A DNA stretch of 54,186 nt, filler included, from Sphacelaria rigidula (Eukaryota), in the NCBI GenBank assembly GCA_964200075.2. It is 4 parts of 4 records of this genome, joined end to end, with 100 filler letters (N's around TTAATTAATTAA, not from the genome) between each part and the next. Parts side by side here need not be neighbours in the genome. Positions count along the whole stretch, not along the records: positions 13,573 to 27,044 come from CAXNAA020002861.1; positions 27,145 to 40,615 come from CAXNAA020002862.1; 2 more parts are not named here. One strand, 5' to 3'. Each line of letters opens with the position of its first letter. Within the stretch, counting starts at the first letter, position 1. Below the pieces are notes generated by a model. It made no database searches and had not been told where the DNA came from. It was given only the letters and a program-made list of their open reading frames with translations. A program made the translations under genes and the position numbers. Shown piece after piece: positions 25,826 to 37,810 of the stretch.

Positions 25826-26159
25826 TATTAGTCGAACGCAATACTGCGTTACCCCGTCACCTGTCAACCACCATGTGGACAGCGAGGCCTGCGAGGGGCA
25901 GGAAGTCCCAGAGATCACTGAAGTGTCTTGCCGGGACGGACGGCACATCCATTTTTTCTTCAGGACGCGAACAGGCACCTTCCATAACCTTCCACCTTGT
26001 GGTTGCGAAAGGTATGCTACCTCAGACGTTACGCTGGTACGTTGCGGAACCTTCCAGGTTCCAAAATGCAGATAGACTGCGTTACGGAAGGTCGGCCGTG
26101 ACCTCTTCATGTATCGTGTACGAGTCGCTACCCGTGATGCGCCCGTGGTGCGCCCTTGG

Positions 26160-26800
26160 GCAGCGCGAATGCGAAAATGTCCATCGAAACCAACCGCTGT
26201 ATCAGCGCGGCGTGGGCACGTATCCGAAAATATAGTTCCCAAGTCTACGAGCGACCCAACGCCGAGCTGTCCTTGAAAGTTCGGCTGCTTAAAGCGGGGG
26301 GAGTGGAAGCTCTGTTGTGCGGACGCACCACATGAACGTCACGTTCTGAGAACCTCGACAGTCTGCCGACGGTCCACGACAAGCGCTTGTTGCAAATGGT
26401 TGGATTCCGCAGGAAAGATCGAAATGGCTACAAGGCTCTTCCGTACAGAGCGGTGCTCGAGATCACCAACTGCGAACGCATCAAGAGGGCTATACCCGAG
26501 AACGTCAACCATGGTTCGCGGGAGCCCTCGTCCGGCAGAAAGAAACAGGTCTTCTGAAGCGCGTCATGAACGGACACTTGACCGCACGAGGGCCCAAGGA
26601 GGCCGGTCGCTCCCCGAGCAATGAGAGGAAAACCTCCAGGAGAACCTACGTGCACTGCCGGCTGTCTCGCACAAAGAAGGACGACGGAAATGGTTCGTAT
26701 GCGGCGTAGAGGTTAACGATGCATACGATTGGGTCACTGCGGCGAAGAAGATAGGCGAATGACATATTGAAGTCGAAAAAGGAGCGTAAGAGTTTGAGGA
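26160..26800 (+). mobile_element. RTE LINE post-RT (thumb/C-terminal) remnant, probably the continuation of 24214-24613
   Basis: MSIETNRCISAAWARIRKYSSQVYERPNAELSLKVRLLKAGGVEALLCGRTT* matches the RTE EI..RI..AW / LK.RL.KA.V...LLYGC.TW region. Contains stops and frameshifts. Confidence 0.8.
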
Positions 26801-27044
26801 CACGCGGCGACGCGCGGACAAACAAGAATCAGACCGCCATCACAAGCGAGAGGCTGCCGCATCCAGGGCCGCCAATCGAGGAACCCTACCTGCTCATATT
26901 GGGTTTTGATTGTGTCCTCAGTCGGTGGCTCTACGATGCCCCCTGGTGTGTCTGTATCCACTCTGCTGCCCTCAATGGTTCACGGTTAGGACAAATCATC
27001 ACGAATCAAAATCACCAAATTCACGATTTCTTCGGCCTGATTGC

Positions 27045-27144
27045 NNNNNNNNNNNNNNNNNNNNNNNNNNNNNNNNNNNNNNNNNNNNTTAATTAATTAA
27101 NNNNNNNNNNNNNNNNNNNNNNNNNNNNNNNNNNNNNNNNNNNN
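27045..27144. other. Assembly gap with TTAATTAATTAA linker
   Basis: 100-bp N block with linker. Confidence 0.97.
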
Positions 27145-29781
27145 CTAGGCGGGGTGGGAGAAGCGGGGCGGGGGGGGGGGGGTGGGGGGGGGGGGGGGGG
27201 TAAACCCGTGCACGGGTTAACCTTTCATAGCGTGCCGGCATTGCCTAGTCAAGAGGTTGAGAGTGCACATGCTATGCAGTACCCCTTTCTCTTTCAGAAC
27301 GGACGGGGAGTCAGACCGGTTTCAAGCACGACCACGAAGCCTTGTAGTGTTCGCTGGCCACGTAAGGGTGCGTCAACTGAGGATTGTCGCGAGGCCGTCG
27401 ACATCAAACGCGCCTGAAAGAAGCATCACAAATGGTTGCGAGCAATACGGTATTGCAGTACACTCCCCCGATCTCCGCCCCCCTCAGTGTATTCTCATCG
27501 ACGGAAAATGAATCGAACACCCCCCAAAATTGACTTGAACGGCGTGGGTGCCGGACCTCTTTTCAGAACAAAAGTACTGGGTGATCTCCGACGTGTGTAT
27601 CATCGGGCGCTATAGGCGAGCCGCTGCTCTTAGTTCGAGAGCACTCCTCCGAAAAAACGCATGCATTGAAAATGACACGCGATCTTCAACCCCTTACTCA
27701 TATAACTGTCCAGCAAATGCAGCTGTTTCTTCACGTCGTTCAAGTGGACCACGTAGGGTCCAACTTGTTGGAGGGGCTCCGGCATAAGCGGGGCTGGATT
27801 CAAAATTTTGCACAAGCACGACACCGATACACGCGAAAACTTCTTGGAGGGGTAACTCGACATTTGCTGAAGGAACAACTTTCGCTGGCTTGAACGTGGT
27901 CCAGCGCGCCCAATGTAGTATACGATAAAGCTGACGACGCAAAACTTCTCAAGTGGGAAATGTACTTGCCAAAAGTTGACCTGCGATACGAGGTCAACAA
28001 CAGAGTGCGGACCGATGATCCGACGTTTGGAGCCATATCTACCGAGAACGAGGGTAAGAACAGACCACTACCAGTCTCTCACCACGTAGGTGGTCCACCC
28101 GCGGGGTGGTACAAATCGCAGCAGCTACAATTTTCACCCTTGCTCATCCCATTTCACCTCATTATGTTGTGCAATACACTGCAATCGTCATCACGAGCGG
28201 TCATCTGCGCTGAAGGATCTAACCCTGATGAAGCTGCAGCGTCCGGACCTACACTCAACCCTTGGCCATCATCTAGGAATATTTGGAGGCGTTTGACACC
28301 AGTGGATGATGGCAAAAGTTGTATCCCGCATTCGTGAGGATGCTCCGCATGTGCTGTGCATGTACAGTAGCAACAGCCCAGACAGCATCGCCCCGGCTCA
28401 GGAAGCATCCGCATGGAAGATCAAGGTGTGTTGATATGAATACAGGCAATTTCTTTCGCAGATTTCAACGGCGAAAGCGCTGTATGCAACGAGCTATGAC
28501 AGAATCCGTGCAGCTTAGGGTGAACACCACCCCTCTCTGGGAAACCTGACCTCCGGCGTTATGGGAGAGCACCGCGCTCGCGTAACACCACCGGCAGAGG
28601 CACAGGAAGATGCCACCAACTAGACAATGCAACACTTTCATTGAAAAATTATTTGCTGGGATCCATCAATGCCGCAAATGAAACGAGTCGGCTGGAGTTT
28701 AAAACGTTTGGATTTTGCTCCACACCAGCACAGTGGTGCTGTAGGGAACCAGCCCCATCTCTTTCTGTGATACAACCTGTTCACCCCAGTTCAACGCCAA
28801 CCCGTGCAGTACAGTACCATGCTCCCCAGTGCAGCACGAAAGAGCGCAACTTGGTGCAGTGAAGTGCAGTGCAGCATAGAGTAATGTACAGCCTGTGAAG
28901 CGTTAAGCTCGGGTATGAGCAGCGTCGACTGCAAGAAGAAATACAATGTACTGTACATTGGTACTACCGTACTGTACAGTAGTGCGTATATGGCGGTCAT
29001 TTCCAAGCCTCAAGACTCAGGATTCACGACGTGCGACATGCGGCCGTGGGTTATGTGCATTTGTGTTGGTTGTGTGTCCCACGACGTCAAGTACTAATCG
29101 CACCTGGTGCCCTTTTTTTGCGCAACAATCGTGAGTTGAGAACCTGCACCCGGGCTCCAACCACCCCATGCGTGGAGCAAGATCAAAGTGGTGTAGGTAA
29201 ACATAAATTTCGGGTTGTGAAGTTGGACGGTGCAACAGTACCTGTACGACGATCGCATGCGGCGACCATGATATATGATGGCGCGGTAAACAAAACTCTG
29301 TTTTCGCTGGACGGTACAGCATGAGGATCGCGCGTTTGAAGACTCTTGGGATCAAAAGCACTGACGTACATTCTGCACGTACCCACCCCTCGGTACATTC
29401 GATTTTCCTGTAGCACCTGCCCCGCATGAACGTCGGGGGCTGCCGACGGTCTCTTCTTTGTTAGAGCTTCCATCTGCGAGATCCCTGAGCGTCGGTTGGG
29501 CTACAGTAGCATATTCTTCGCTTGCTCCACGCTGCACTGGCTGGCTGCCTTCCACGCACGCTCGCGGGGAAAACTGAGCTCGCGGGGTTTTCGTGTGCAC
29601 GGAGCGGCGGGCCAGTGGCTCGGAATCAGTGTAACGATCGTTCCGCAGAGGGTAGCCAATATTGAGGGTGCCCAGGAGGAACAACTCGGTTTTCGTAACT
29701 GTTGGATGCCGTATCCTGAAATAATGAAGCAATGAGCGCCGAAATGTTGGACATGTCTCTATCAGAAGTAGGAGCGGTGCT

Positions 29782-29848
29782 CCGTCTCGAAAGGGATACG
29801 TGGTCAATGGTCAAACGACGAAGGCAATCAACAAATGAGTACACCCCC
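29782..29848 (-). repeat. ~67-bp mini-element copy
   Basis: CCGTCTCGAAAGGGATACGTGGTCAATGGTCAAACGACG...ACAAATGAGTACACCCC on +. Confidence 0.85.
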
Positions 29849-30677
29849 AACCCCCCCCCCCCCCGCCCCCCGCGCCCCCCCGCCTCCGCGACCGCCGAGC
29901 GCCGGCGCGCCNNNNNNNNNNGGCGGGCCACGAAAAAAGCCGACAGAACCACACACAGCAGGACCCCCCCCCCCCCCCCCCCCCCCCCCCGCCCGGGCAC
30001 ATTCGCTAATCGTAGATGTGGAAGATCCCCAAGATTCACAGTTGGGATGCAACATCTGGAGCACTTGTGAGACGCCAGCCGGGACAGTCCGACCGTGTGA
30101 TATGGCACCGCAATCGATCTCGAGGTAAGGGCACCACAACACCCACCCCTGGTGCCGTAATACCGCACGAGGTAGAAGTGCTGGAGATCGCCAGCACGTG
30201 ACTACTTTCCCCATGTTTAAGCTGATGGTTATTAGTTTTGAACGGAATTAGGCACGTCTACATTTGGAGATAACATATTTTCACATAAACCCCCGAATCC
30301 TACGCTCACAAAATCAAGAAGACCACACGGCTGATACGCTGTGCCCATGTATCGTTGCCCGGTCTCCTCTGGACAGGTGGTGAAGTGCCTGCACCACTCC
30401 CGCCGCTATCCCGTCCGACACATGCCACATCCACGGTTAAAAGTAGATCTCGATCGACACACTCCGAACGTCCAGCGCCGGTGGAAAATCTGAGGAAAAT
30501 CACCGGGGGTTACGCCGGCGAAGGGGGCGCAGCGCGGAAGTGACTGGGCTTCCGTTCGTACGGATAAGGCACGGTGACTGTACCGCCAGTTCTTCGGAGG
30601 CACGTGAGCCGACGCTGGGACAAGGAGCGATAGGCGAGAGACAAAGTCCCCCCGTTCGCGTCGCTCTCCCAACCAAG

Positions 30678-30745
30678 CCGTCTCGAAAGGGATGCGTGGT
30701 CAATGGTCAAACGACGGAGACAAGCAACAAATGAGTACGCCCCCC
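30678..30745 (-). repeat. ~67-bp mini-element copy
   Basis: CCGTCTCGAAAGGGATGCGTGGTCAATGGTCAAACGACGGAGACAAGCAACAAATGAGTACGCCCC on +. Confidence 0.9.
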
Positions 30746-30984
30746 TACCGAGCCCTGCCGAGCCCTGCCGAGCAGGAGTTCGTTTCAACACTACGCCATA
30801 ACGTTGTTGCGGATCTTGAGGTGGGGCGCGTTGTGAGGCTGGTGGACGTTCAATGGTGGCTGACGGAACCCAGAACCACAGCAAACGCCCGGGCTGTCCT
30901 CGACAAGCGCGCACGGGAGGAAGCGGTTGGAATTTCCGATACGGTGGCGGCGATCGGCACATGCAACGCCATTTAAACTGGCAG

Positions 30985-31366
30985 GTTGGGTACGATCTCA
31001 AATACTCTACCCCAATTCGGGTAAGCACTCTCAGCAATACCTGGGTATAGAGCATCACTTGGGCATGATCTCAAGAGTCTACCCAAAATTTGGGTAAGTT
31101 GGGTAAGATCTCGAATACTGTACATACATTTTGGGTAGACGGGGTACGATTTCAATACTGTAGCCATATGTTGGGTAAGGCCGTGTCTTAGCACATCATT
31201 CCTCGGTCGAAAAAGAAGTGCGGTGGAATTGATTTGAGCGAATTCGTTCATTTTTCGCGGTATCGGTTGGACGTTTGGATCGAAAGCAGACAGTGAAATT
31301 CTTGAACCGGTACTTTTCCGCTTGTCCACAGTACAGTACCGTCTGCGCTGTATGCATACGGTGTGC

Positions 31367-31408
<42 letters not shown>

Positions 31409-32360
31409 ATATTTCGTGCAGTAGGATATGAAAGACAAGCGGGCAACGTGCAGTACAGACGGCGCAGGACTATTGTATCTGAACTCTCTGCTTACAGTGC
31501 GATGTGGAAAGGACCTGAACAACGTGCAGCTTTGTACTGCCTGCACTGCCCATGAGTGTTTGCATGTCGGTCGTCCACCCTGTCACGCAGTTCCGTTGCC
31601 GATCCCCCACCATGAAAAAGATGCTCAAGCTTTCCCAACGAAAAATAAAGACATGATACCCTACTCCCGCAGTGTATCTGTCTCTGCGCCCAACTCGTGC
31701 TCTATGCCCAACTCGTGCTCTATGCCCAACTCGTGCTCTGTACTTCAGGGTTGCGGTGGTCGCTGAGAATGAGTTGTGTGGGGTTTGCGTGGTTATGTGA
31801 ACGGGTGGTATCTGGCGTGGTGGTCTGCAAGATAAGATTCAGGCGCCCCTTCGTACCTTTCCCCGTATATTTTCAATCGAAAAGGCCAAGAACAGGTCGG
31901 ATACGGTAGGCACCTGTGAATACTCGGGTGAAATACCCCGACATTTAGTTTGCCTAAGGTTTGAGTAGATCGGGTACGACTTCAATAACTGTCCCCAATT
32001 TTGGGGTCGATTGGGTATGATGTCAATACTGTACCCAATGTTGGGGTAGATTGGGTATGATGTTAATACTCTACCCAAATATTGCATAAGCGCGCAGTAA
32101 TACCCGGATATAGAGTATCACTTGGGTATAACCTCAATATTCAACGCATATTTTGGGTAATTTGGGTACGACCTCCAATACTCTACTCAAATGTGGGAAA
32201 ACTCTCTCGGCAATATTTGGGTAGACTATGGCTTGTCTCGGGTATGACCTCAATACTCTTACCAAATTGTGATAAACTGGGTACGATATCATGTACTCTA
32301 CCGCATTATTTGGGTACCAAGAGTATGACTTTCCAAAATACTGGGTATTGGATATACCCG
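30985..32360. repeat. Degenerate ~38-40 bp satellite-like array (TTGGGTA.....GGGTACGAT.TCAATACT.TACC), interrupted by an insertion at ~31200-31900
   Basis: The motif repeats at 30985-31180 and 31960-32350. Confidence 0.7.
31200..31890 (+). mobile_element. ~700-bp non-coding dispersed repeat with an internal (GT)n
   Basis: Collinear with 44430-45110 (+) and 50380-50770 (-): GATTTGAGCGAA, GGGCAACGTGCAGT, AACGTGCAGCTTTGTACTGCC, GCTGAGAATGAGTTG. Confidence 0.8.
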
Positions 32361-33319
32361 GCCCGATCTGCCCTTGCACAATTCAAAATACCGTGGGAAG
32401 CGCTGCCGTCCCCCTACCTTTATTTCATTTTTTTTTGTATCGTCGTTCTTCTTTTTCTCCGTTCCCTCCCCTCCCCCCTTTGTTTTTTCCCTCCCTCATT
32501 TTTACTGTTTTCTTCCCCTCTTCCATTTTTTTTATTGGCAGACATTTCCTTGTTCGTCTCTGGCCCGTGTCTAGATTCTTAGAGTATTTTTTTTATGTTT
32601 TGTCTTCCTCTGAAATGCAGCACAGACGTGTGTTTTCAGCATGCATGGCTTGATGCCTAGGGTACCCGTTGATGTGCAACAAATCTAGGTCGAATCGACG
32701 CAATACATGGTGGTGGTGATAATGATGCTGATGGTTTGTCAGAATACTTCTTGTCATTCGTGTGTGAAAAAAAATACAGTTATACACGGTGGAGGTTCTC
32801 TCAAGTTTGCGGCGAAATCTCCATGGTTGATCTTACTCTATTTGAGTGTGAACATCGATATTTGGATTGTACTTGGGTTGATAGTCCCCGAGTGCTCCTA
32901 GCATGCGCAGGACGCGTTTTTTTGTCCCGAACCGGTGCCGCGGGCGCCGAATGGAAGTCAACTAGCGCGCACTTTGCCTAGGGAACGCTTTGCAGTCTGC
33001 TCACCCGAGGGTTCTCGGTATGCCTTGGGTTGGACATGGGTTTGACGATAAGGTTATTTCGAAAATAAAAATGAACCATGTATGTTTCGACGTCGAACTG
33101 GGACAGACGCGTGTCCTTGTACACAACCCAACCACCAACCAAAAGTCCGTCATGTTTTTTTTTTCTTTATTCCGTCGTCCTTCAATGCCAACCCCTCGCC
33201 CTTCGTCGAGATGGACGGGCCCGTGGATTCTGGAAATCGAACCCGACCCCCGATCTCTCTCGAAATACTGTGCCTAGTCAAGTATCATGTTTTTTCCCCT
33301 AGACATGACTAGACAAACT

Positions 33320-35637
33320 CTCGGGCCTGAACTTGAACGCGTAACCTTAATCTCGACCTTCCTCGCTGGCTATTGTCGTGTAGTCGTGTCGGACCACCAG
33401 GTCCCGGTGACATCATATATACATATATATATACTTGAAGGGAGATATACAGTACAGTAGTTTTCATCTAAAATAGGAGGTCGTCGTTGTGTTTGTGTAT
33501 ATGAGGATATTCGAAAGTGTGTTCGAGTGCCACCGCTCATCTCAGTGACTGTTTGATTCCAAAGTTTGGGGATCGAGAGATAGCACCACCCGCTCCACAT
33601 TCCGAAATACGATCACATCTGCGCTCATTATTGAACGACTTACGGGCTGACCGGTATTCGGGGTCCTGAGACTACCCAGCCCCAGGTTCTGGCCCTTGAG
33701 TATTTTTGCTCCATTGAACCAATGTGCATCATTTTCGTGAACAAATGACGACGACTTTTTTTCTTAATTTCTACCAAATAATTGCGTTAGAGCCGGAAAA
33801 GTATGTTTTTGTGGACCAGTGACGGTCGATAACACCCCCTGATGAACAAGGTAATTACTCCGTATCACCCCGACAACACCAATTGAGGATTGTGTTCTGA
33901 GCGCGACCTGCTCATCTTCACAATATATATCGACGAGAAGACTTTTAAGCGGCAAGGACGGATACGACACGAAAAAATTCAGAAAAGTACCCGAAAACGA
34001 AAATTGCCCAACCGAGCTCTGCATAGTACAAGCGGGGGTGAACCAGTTGCGATCACTATCATAAATGATTTCACGGGCCCTCAATTTTTTGTGTTCACCT
34101 ATTCATTGAGCTAGAGCCGAGAAGGAACGTGTTTCGGATCATAAGGGTGAATGACACCCCCTGTCAATTCAGCTCGGAAGTCGTTCGATATTGAGCGTAG
34201 AGACGATTCTTGTTTCGGAATGTGGAGCGGATGCCTAGTATATCCCGACTCTCAAACGCTAGGTCGCTGGGATGAGCGGTGGCATGCCAAAAAAAAAAAT
34301 CAAGCCGCCGACTACTGCACGAAAAAATTACAAAAATATATATTTTTCAGACTTCTATACTACTTTGAATATGTATATATGTTGAAGTATGCATGGAGTA
34401 TACATGCATTACACTCTCAGGTCAGCGCTGTTTTTTGTATTATTTCCCTCGCAGGATGTTGTTTTCTCTTTCGTCAGTCACTCTTTTTTGGTTCTTCGTG
34501 CCACAAGAAAATCATCATGGTTTCCCTTTTTTTGTCCCTCCGCTCCTCTTTATCCCCTCTTTCCCCTTCATTTTTTTTCCCTTTCATGTGGTTCTCTTTC
34601 CTTCCATACTTTTTTTTCCTCTTCAGTTTCGTTTTTCTTTCACTTCGTCTGGGGCCCCTTATTTTTGCTTGCATGCCTTTGTTGTTTTTCGTTGTCTTCA
34701 CAGGTGCTCACCGTCCTGTACCAGGACTTGGTGGCTGCCTTGGGTGTAGAGCGATGTAGGGAAGGCGAAGGTGAGCGGCGGCTTGTACTGTTTGTGCTGT
34801 GTGCCGTTTTTTTTTGCCTATTGTGTTCTGTTTTTTGTTTGTAAGCTCCATGTGCTTTATTTTTTTGCTTCTATATGTTATTAGTTAGGCGATACACGGA
34901 ATCGTATTTTGAGGGTACGTTCGCTGATGTTTGTTGTGACTGATTATCTAGACGCCGGACGTCAACATGGAGATGAACAAGTCTATGTACACTTTTCTCT
35001 TCTGTTTGAATGTTTGAATTCGGTGGCTACACTAAATATATATACACACGCACATTTTGTGTCGCCCCGTAGCGTCTTGGTATCGCGGTTTGGATTATGA
35101 CTAACACTCCCGCACCGCATCAACGCTCGTCGAATGTATGTTTATCACACCTTGGACAAACAATTTTGCTGTGAAAAGTGTACTGCGCACAGTATCGACT
35201 ACTGCGTCTATTGCGTTAGAGAAAAGATGACACTGTACGCAGTACATCTTTTGACATCATAATCCATTATCCAAGGTGTCATGTATGTAAAATATGTGTG
35301 GACATCCCGGTCATTCTGGACGCCGGTCGACACCTCTCGGTATATGTGGGCGCATCAGTCGGGGCCTCACAGGAGGAAGGTCAATACAGGAAGTTTTTTC
35401 GTTTTTTATTTGTAGTACTCCACCTTCCTCCTGCGGTGGCTGCTTTTTTTTTTTTTAACGCGAGAGGGGTTCGGCGGTTCCCTTTCCTTGTCGACTGTGA
35501 AGTCGGATTTTGGGTATACTCACGACGCGGTCGCTCTCCTCTGTTGGGCATGGTGTGAGGAAAATTCCCAGATCTTGTGACGTCACCGAGATTCGAAGGT
35601 GTCGAGGTCACCAATTGAGCCACCGGGGCGACAGGCT
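33320..35637. repeat. Composite ~2.3-kb block, diverged direct copy of 38470-40435
   Basis: Collinear matches 33341-33420/38496-38586, 34700-35000/38860-39165 and 35080-35290/39838-40045. Both blocks end in the same SINE. Confidence 0.75.
35292..35637 (-). mobile_element. tRNA-derived SINE (~350 bp)
   Basis: The minus-strand head has an A box (TGGCTCAATTGG) and a partly deleted B box (TTCGAATC). The body is shared with 40050-40435 and 50835-51063. Confidence 0.8.
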
Positions 35638-37146
35638 ATATAGGGTATGGTATGTGTGTGTTTAGTGTAGATGTGTACAGTAGCAGGCGGTCTAACTATT
35701 CAGGGGTGTTTTGGGATTTTCCTCGCGTACTACTCTTTGATAGAACTCGAAACTGAGAGCGTCGGTAGATTTTGGTACAATATATAGATCATCCTCGAAG
35801 CACAGTGCTCACGTCAGTGTCAGTTGTTGTTATCAAGCAATACGAGTAAATTCCCCGTTTATCAGGAGGGTGTGATTGACCGTGACACACAGTCTTTCGA
35901 CTCTAGTGCCACGAGTAGGTAGAATTTCAAAAAAATAAAACTGTCCATTTGTTCACAAATATGATCGGGACAGGCTCGATCGACCGAAAATACCGAAGAG
36001 AAAGACTCTGGGCTGAAACGTGGCGGAACCCCCGATGAACGGTCAGCCCGTGAGCGACAAAATGAAGAGTTAGACCGCCCACTACTGTAGAGTATTCTGC
36101 TACCGACATCCTCACGTTTATCACGACGAAAATCCTGTAACAGTACTGTATTATTATTTACAAAACGTCAAATCATATGTTTGTTGTGTACAAAAATTCG
36201 CATCTGGAAGTATAGGAACCCGCAGCTTTCCGTCCTTCATTGTCAGCTGTCGGTTAGACAAGTTGGACAATACGGGGGCGCTCATGACTGTGACTGTTGT
36301 GCCAAATTGTTCTGTTCGCCGTTTTTTTTTTCTCCTCTGGCCTAGGCGTTTGTAGTTGAAAATATCACACCCTGGATAATAGACAATCAATGTTCTTCAG
36401 TAAAAGGAGTGTTGTTCGCAAGGCATCGCGTATGAAAAAATATAATGTTTTGTTTTGTTTTTGTTTTTGTTTGGTTGGTTTTCGTTTGCAACAAGGGCAA
36501 CGCGTTTTTTTATTTGCTGTTTTTTCTACGCTACGTTCTTCAATCTCGTGAGGTATATATCTAATAAGACACGGTAGTAGTTCCAAAAAGTATGGTCAGC
36601 ATCCCTTATTCTTTTCTCCACTCAGGGTGCCCCTTTCGTCAGATCCACGAAGAAATCGGAGGAACTGGGATCCAGCGATTCGTGAACCAAGAGTTGGGGA
36701 AACCGGGGAAGATCACGACTCAGGGATTGACATTCTCGGCCAAAATCAACACGCGCTTGCCATGCCCAGCGACGTGAGAAGCAGAGACCTGAACGTCGAG
36801 GACATGAGATGCACCCCATACCCAACTTTACTCATGGGAAAGGGGAAGCATCTGCTTTTTCGTTTTTTTCGCTGCCTTTTTCCTTCACCTCTAGTTTTCC
36901 TTGGCGAGTACTTTCGTGTCATCGCCCTTCAGACGGTCCATATTGTGGATCCGTGACAGATTAGCTATGATAGTGCGGAACAAGCAATCGACCAATTGAT
37001 CAATGATACTCCTCCCTCCTTCTCATTTTTCCGACTCCATACAAAAGTCCTGAGGCCACGCGAATAGGCCTTTGCGTCGTAGGCCTCGGCCCCAAAAAGG
37101 TCCTTTTTTTTCTAGCCTTCATATTTTTTCGAAAGCCCATTTCCGT

Positions 37147-37511
37147 GTCAGTCTCGAGAATGCTCACGGCCTCGATGCTGATGTCACTCTTGCCCAGTTC
37201 ATTGGCCAAGTCTGCCGCGATACTCGAGCCCTCGACGTCCAGGTCCCACGTGCATCCGGGGCAGTGCTGGAGGATTGCTGCCTCCTTGATGCCGACGCTG
37301 GTGATGTAGTCAACTTCAAGTCATCTACAAGAGGCCTGAAGCTGACGACTACGCCACCAACGTCGGCATCAAGGAGGCAGTCATCCTCCAGCACTGCCCC
37401 GGATGCACTTGGGATCTGGACGTCGAGGGCTCGAGTATCGCGGCAGACTTGGCCAGAGAGCTGGGCAAAAGTGACATAGGGGTAGAAGTCGTGAGCATTC
37501 TCGAGACTGAC
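37147..37511. repeat. Long inverted repeat 1 (arms ~175 bp, tiny loop)
   Basis: GTCAGTCTCGAGAATGCTCACG... is mirrored by ...CGTGAGCATTCTCGAGACTGAC. Confidence 0.95.
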
Positions 37512-37512
37512 A

Positions 37513-37810
37513 AATACAGCAGGAAGGTTCCCGAGTTTGGTGCTGCCATACCCTCGGGCAAGCTCAAGTCGGATAGCCAGTGGGCCGGGGCCAGCCAGGC
37601 TGGACGCCAAGCTAGGCCCCGCGGCACACTTTTTAACGATGCGATGGACGTCAGCGATTTCCGAGTGGTTGACGTCCATCTTATAGTTAAACAGTGTTCC
37701 GCGGGGCCTAGGTCGGCGTGCAGCCTGACTGCCCCTGGCCCACCGACTCTCCGACTTGACACTTCCCGGGGGCACGGTAGCACCAAACGGGGGCACCTTC
37801 CTACTGTATA
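37513..37810. repeat. Long inverted repeat 2 (arms ~140 bp), directly adjacent to repeat 1
   Basis: ATACAGCAGGAAGGT...GATGGACGTCA is mirrored by TGACGTCCATC...ACCTTCCTACTGTAT. Confidence 0.92.

Larger units (their letters stand above)
29242..30984. pseudogene. Cluster of damaged exon-like segments in both orientations: 29242-29473 (-), 30040-30180 (-), 30377-~30540 (+), 30776-30984 (+)
   Basis: Mostly AG/GT-bounded, protein-like segments (RMYVSAFDPKSLQT; HFYLVRYYGT; PRLKVDLDRHTPNVQRRWKI*G; EFVSTLRHNVVADLEVGRVVRLVDVQWW), several with internal stops or frameshifts. Confidence 0.35.

Noticed and set aside
27630-28480. Ulp1-like (VVHLNDVKKQLHLLDSY) and SWIM-like (LPCGCFLSRG) hints on -, suggesting a Mutator remnant
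   Set aside because: Catalytic His/Cys and the full zinc ligand set are not visible, and there are many stops; unsupported without a profile search.
34151-34844. Phe/Leu-rich ORFs resembling membrane proteins (also 32082-32653, 38584-39134)
   Set aside because: Translations of T/C-rich low-complexity sequence within repeats.
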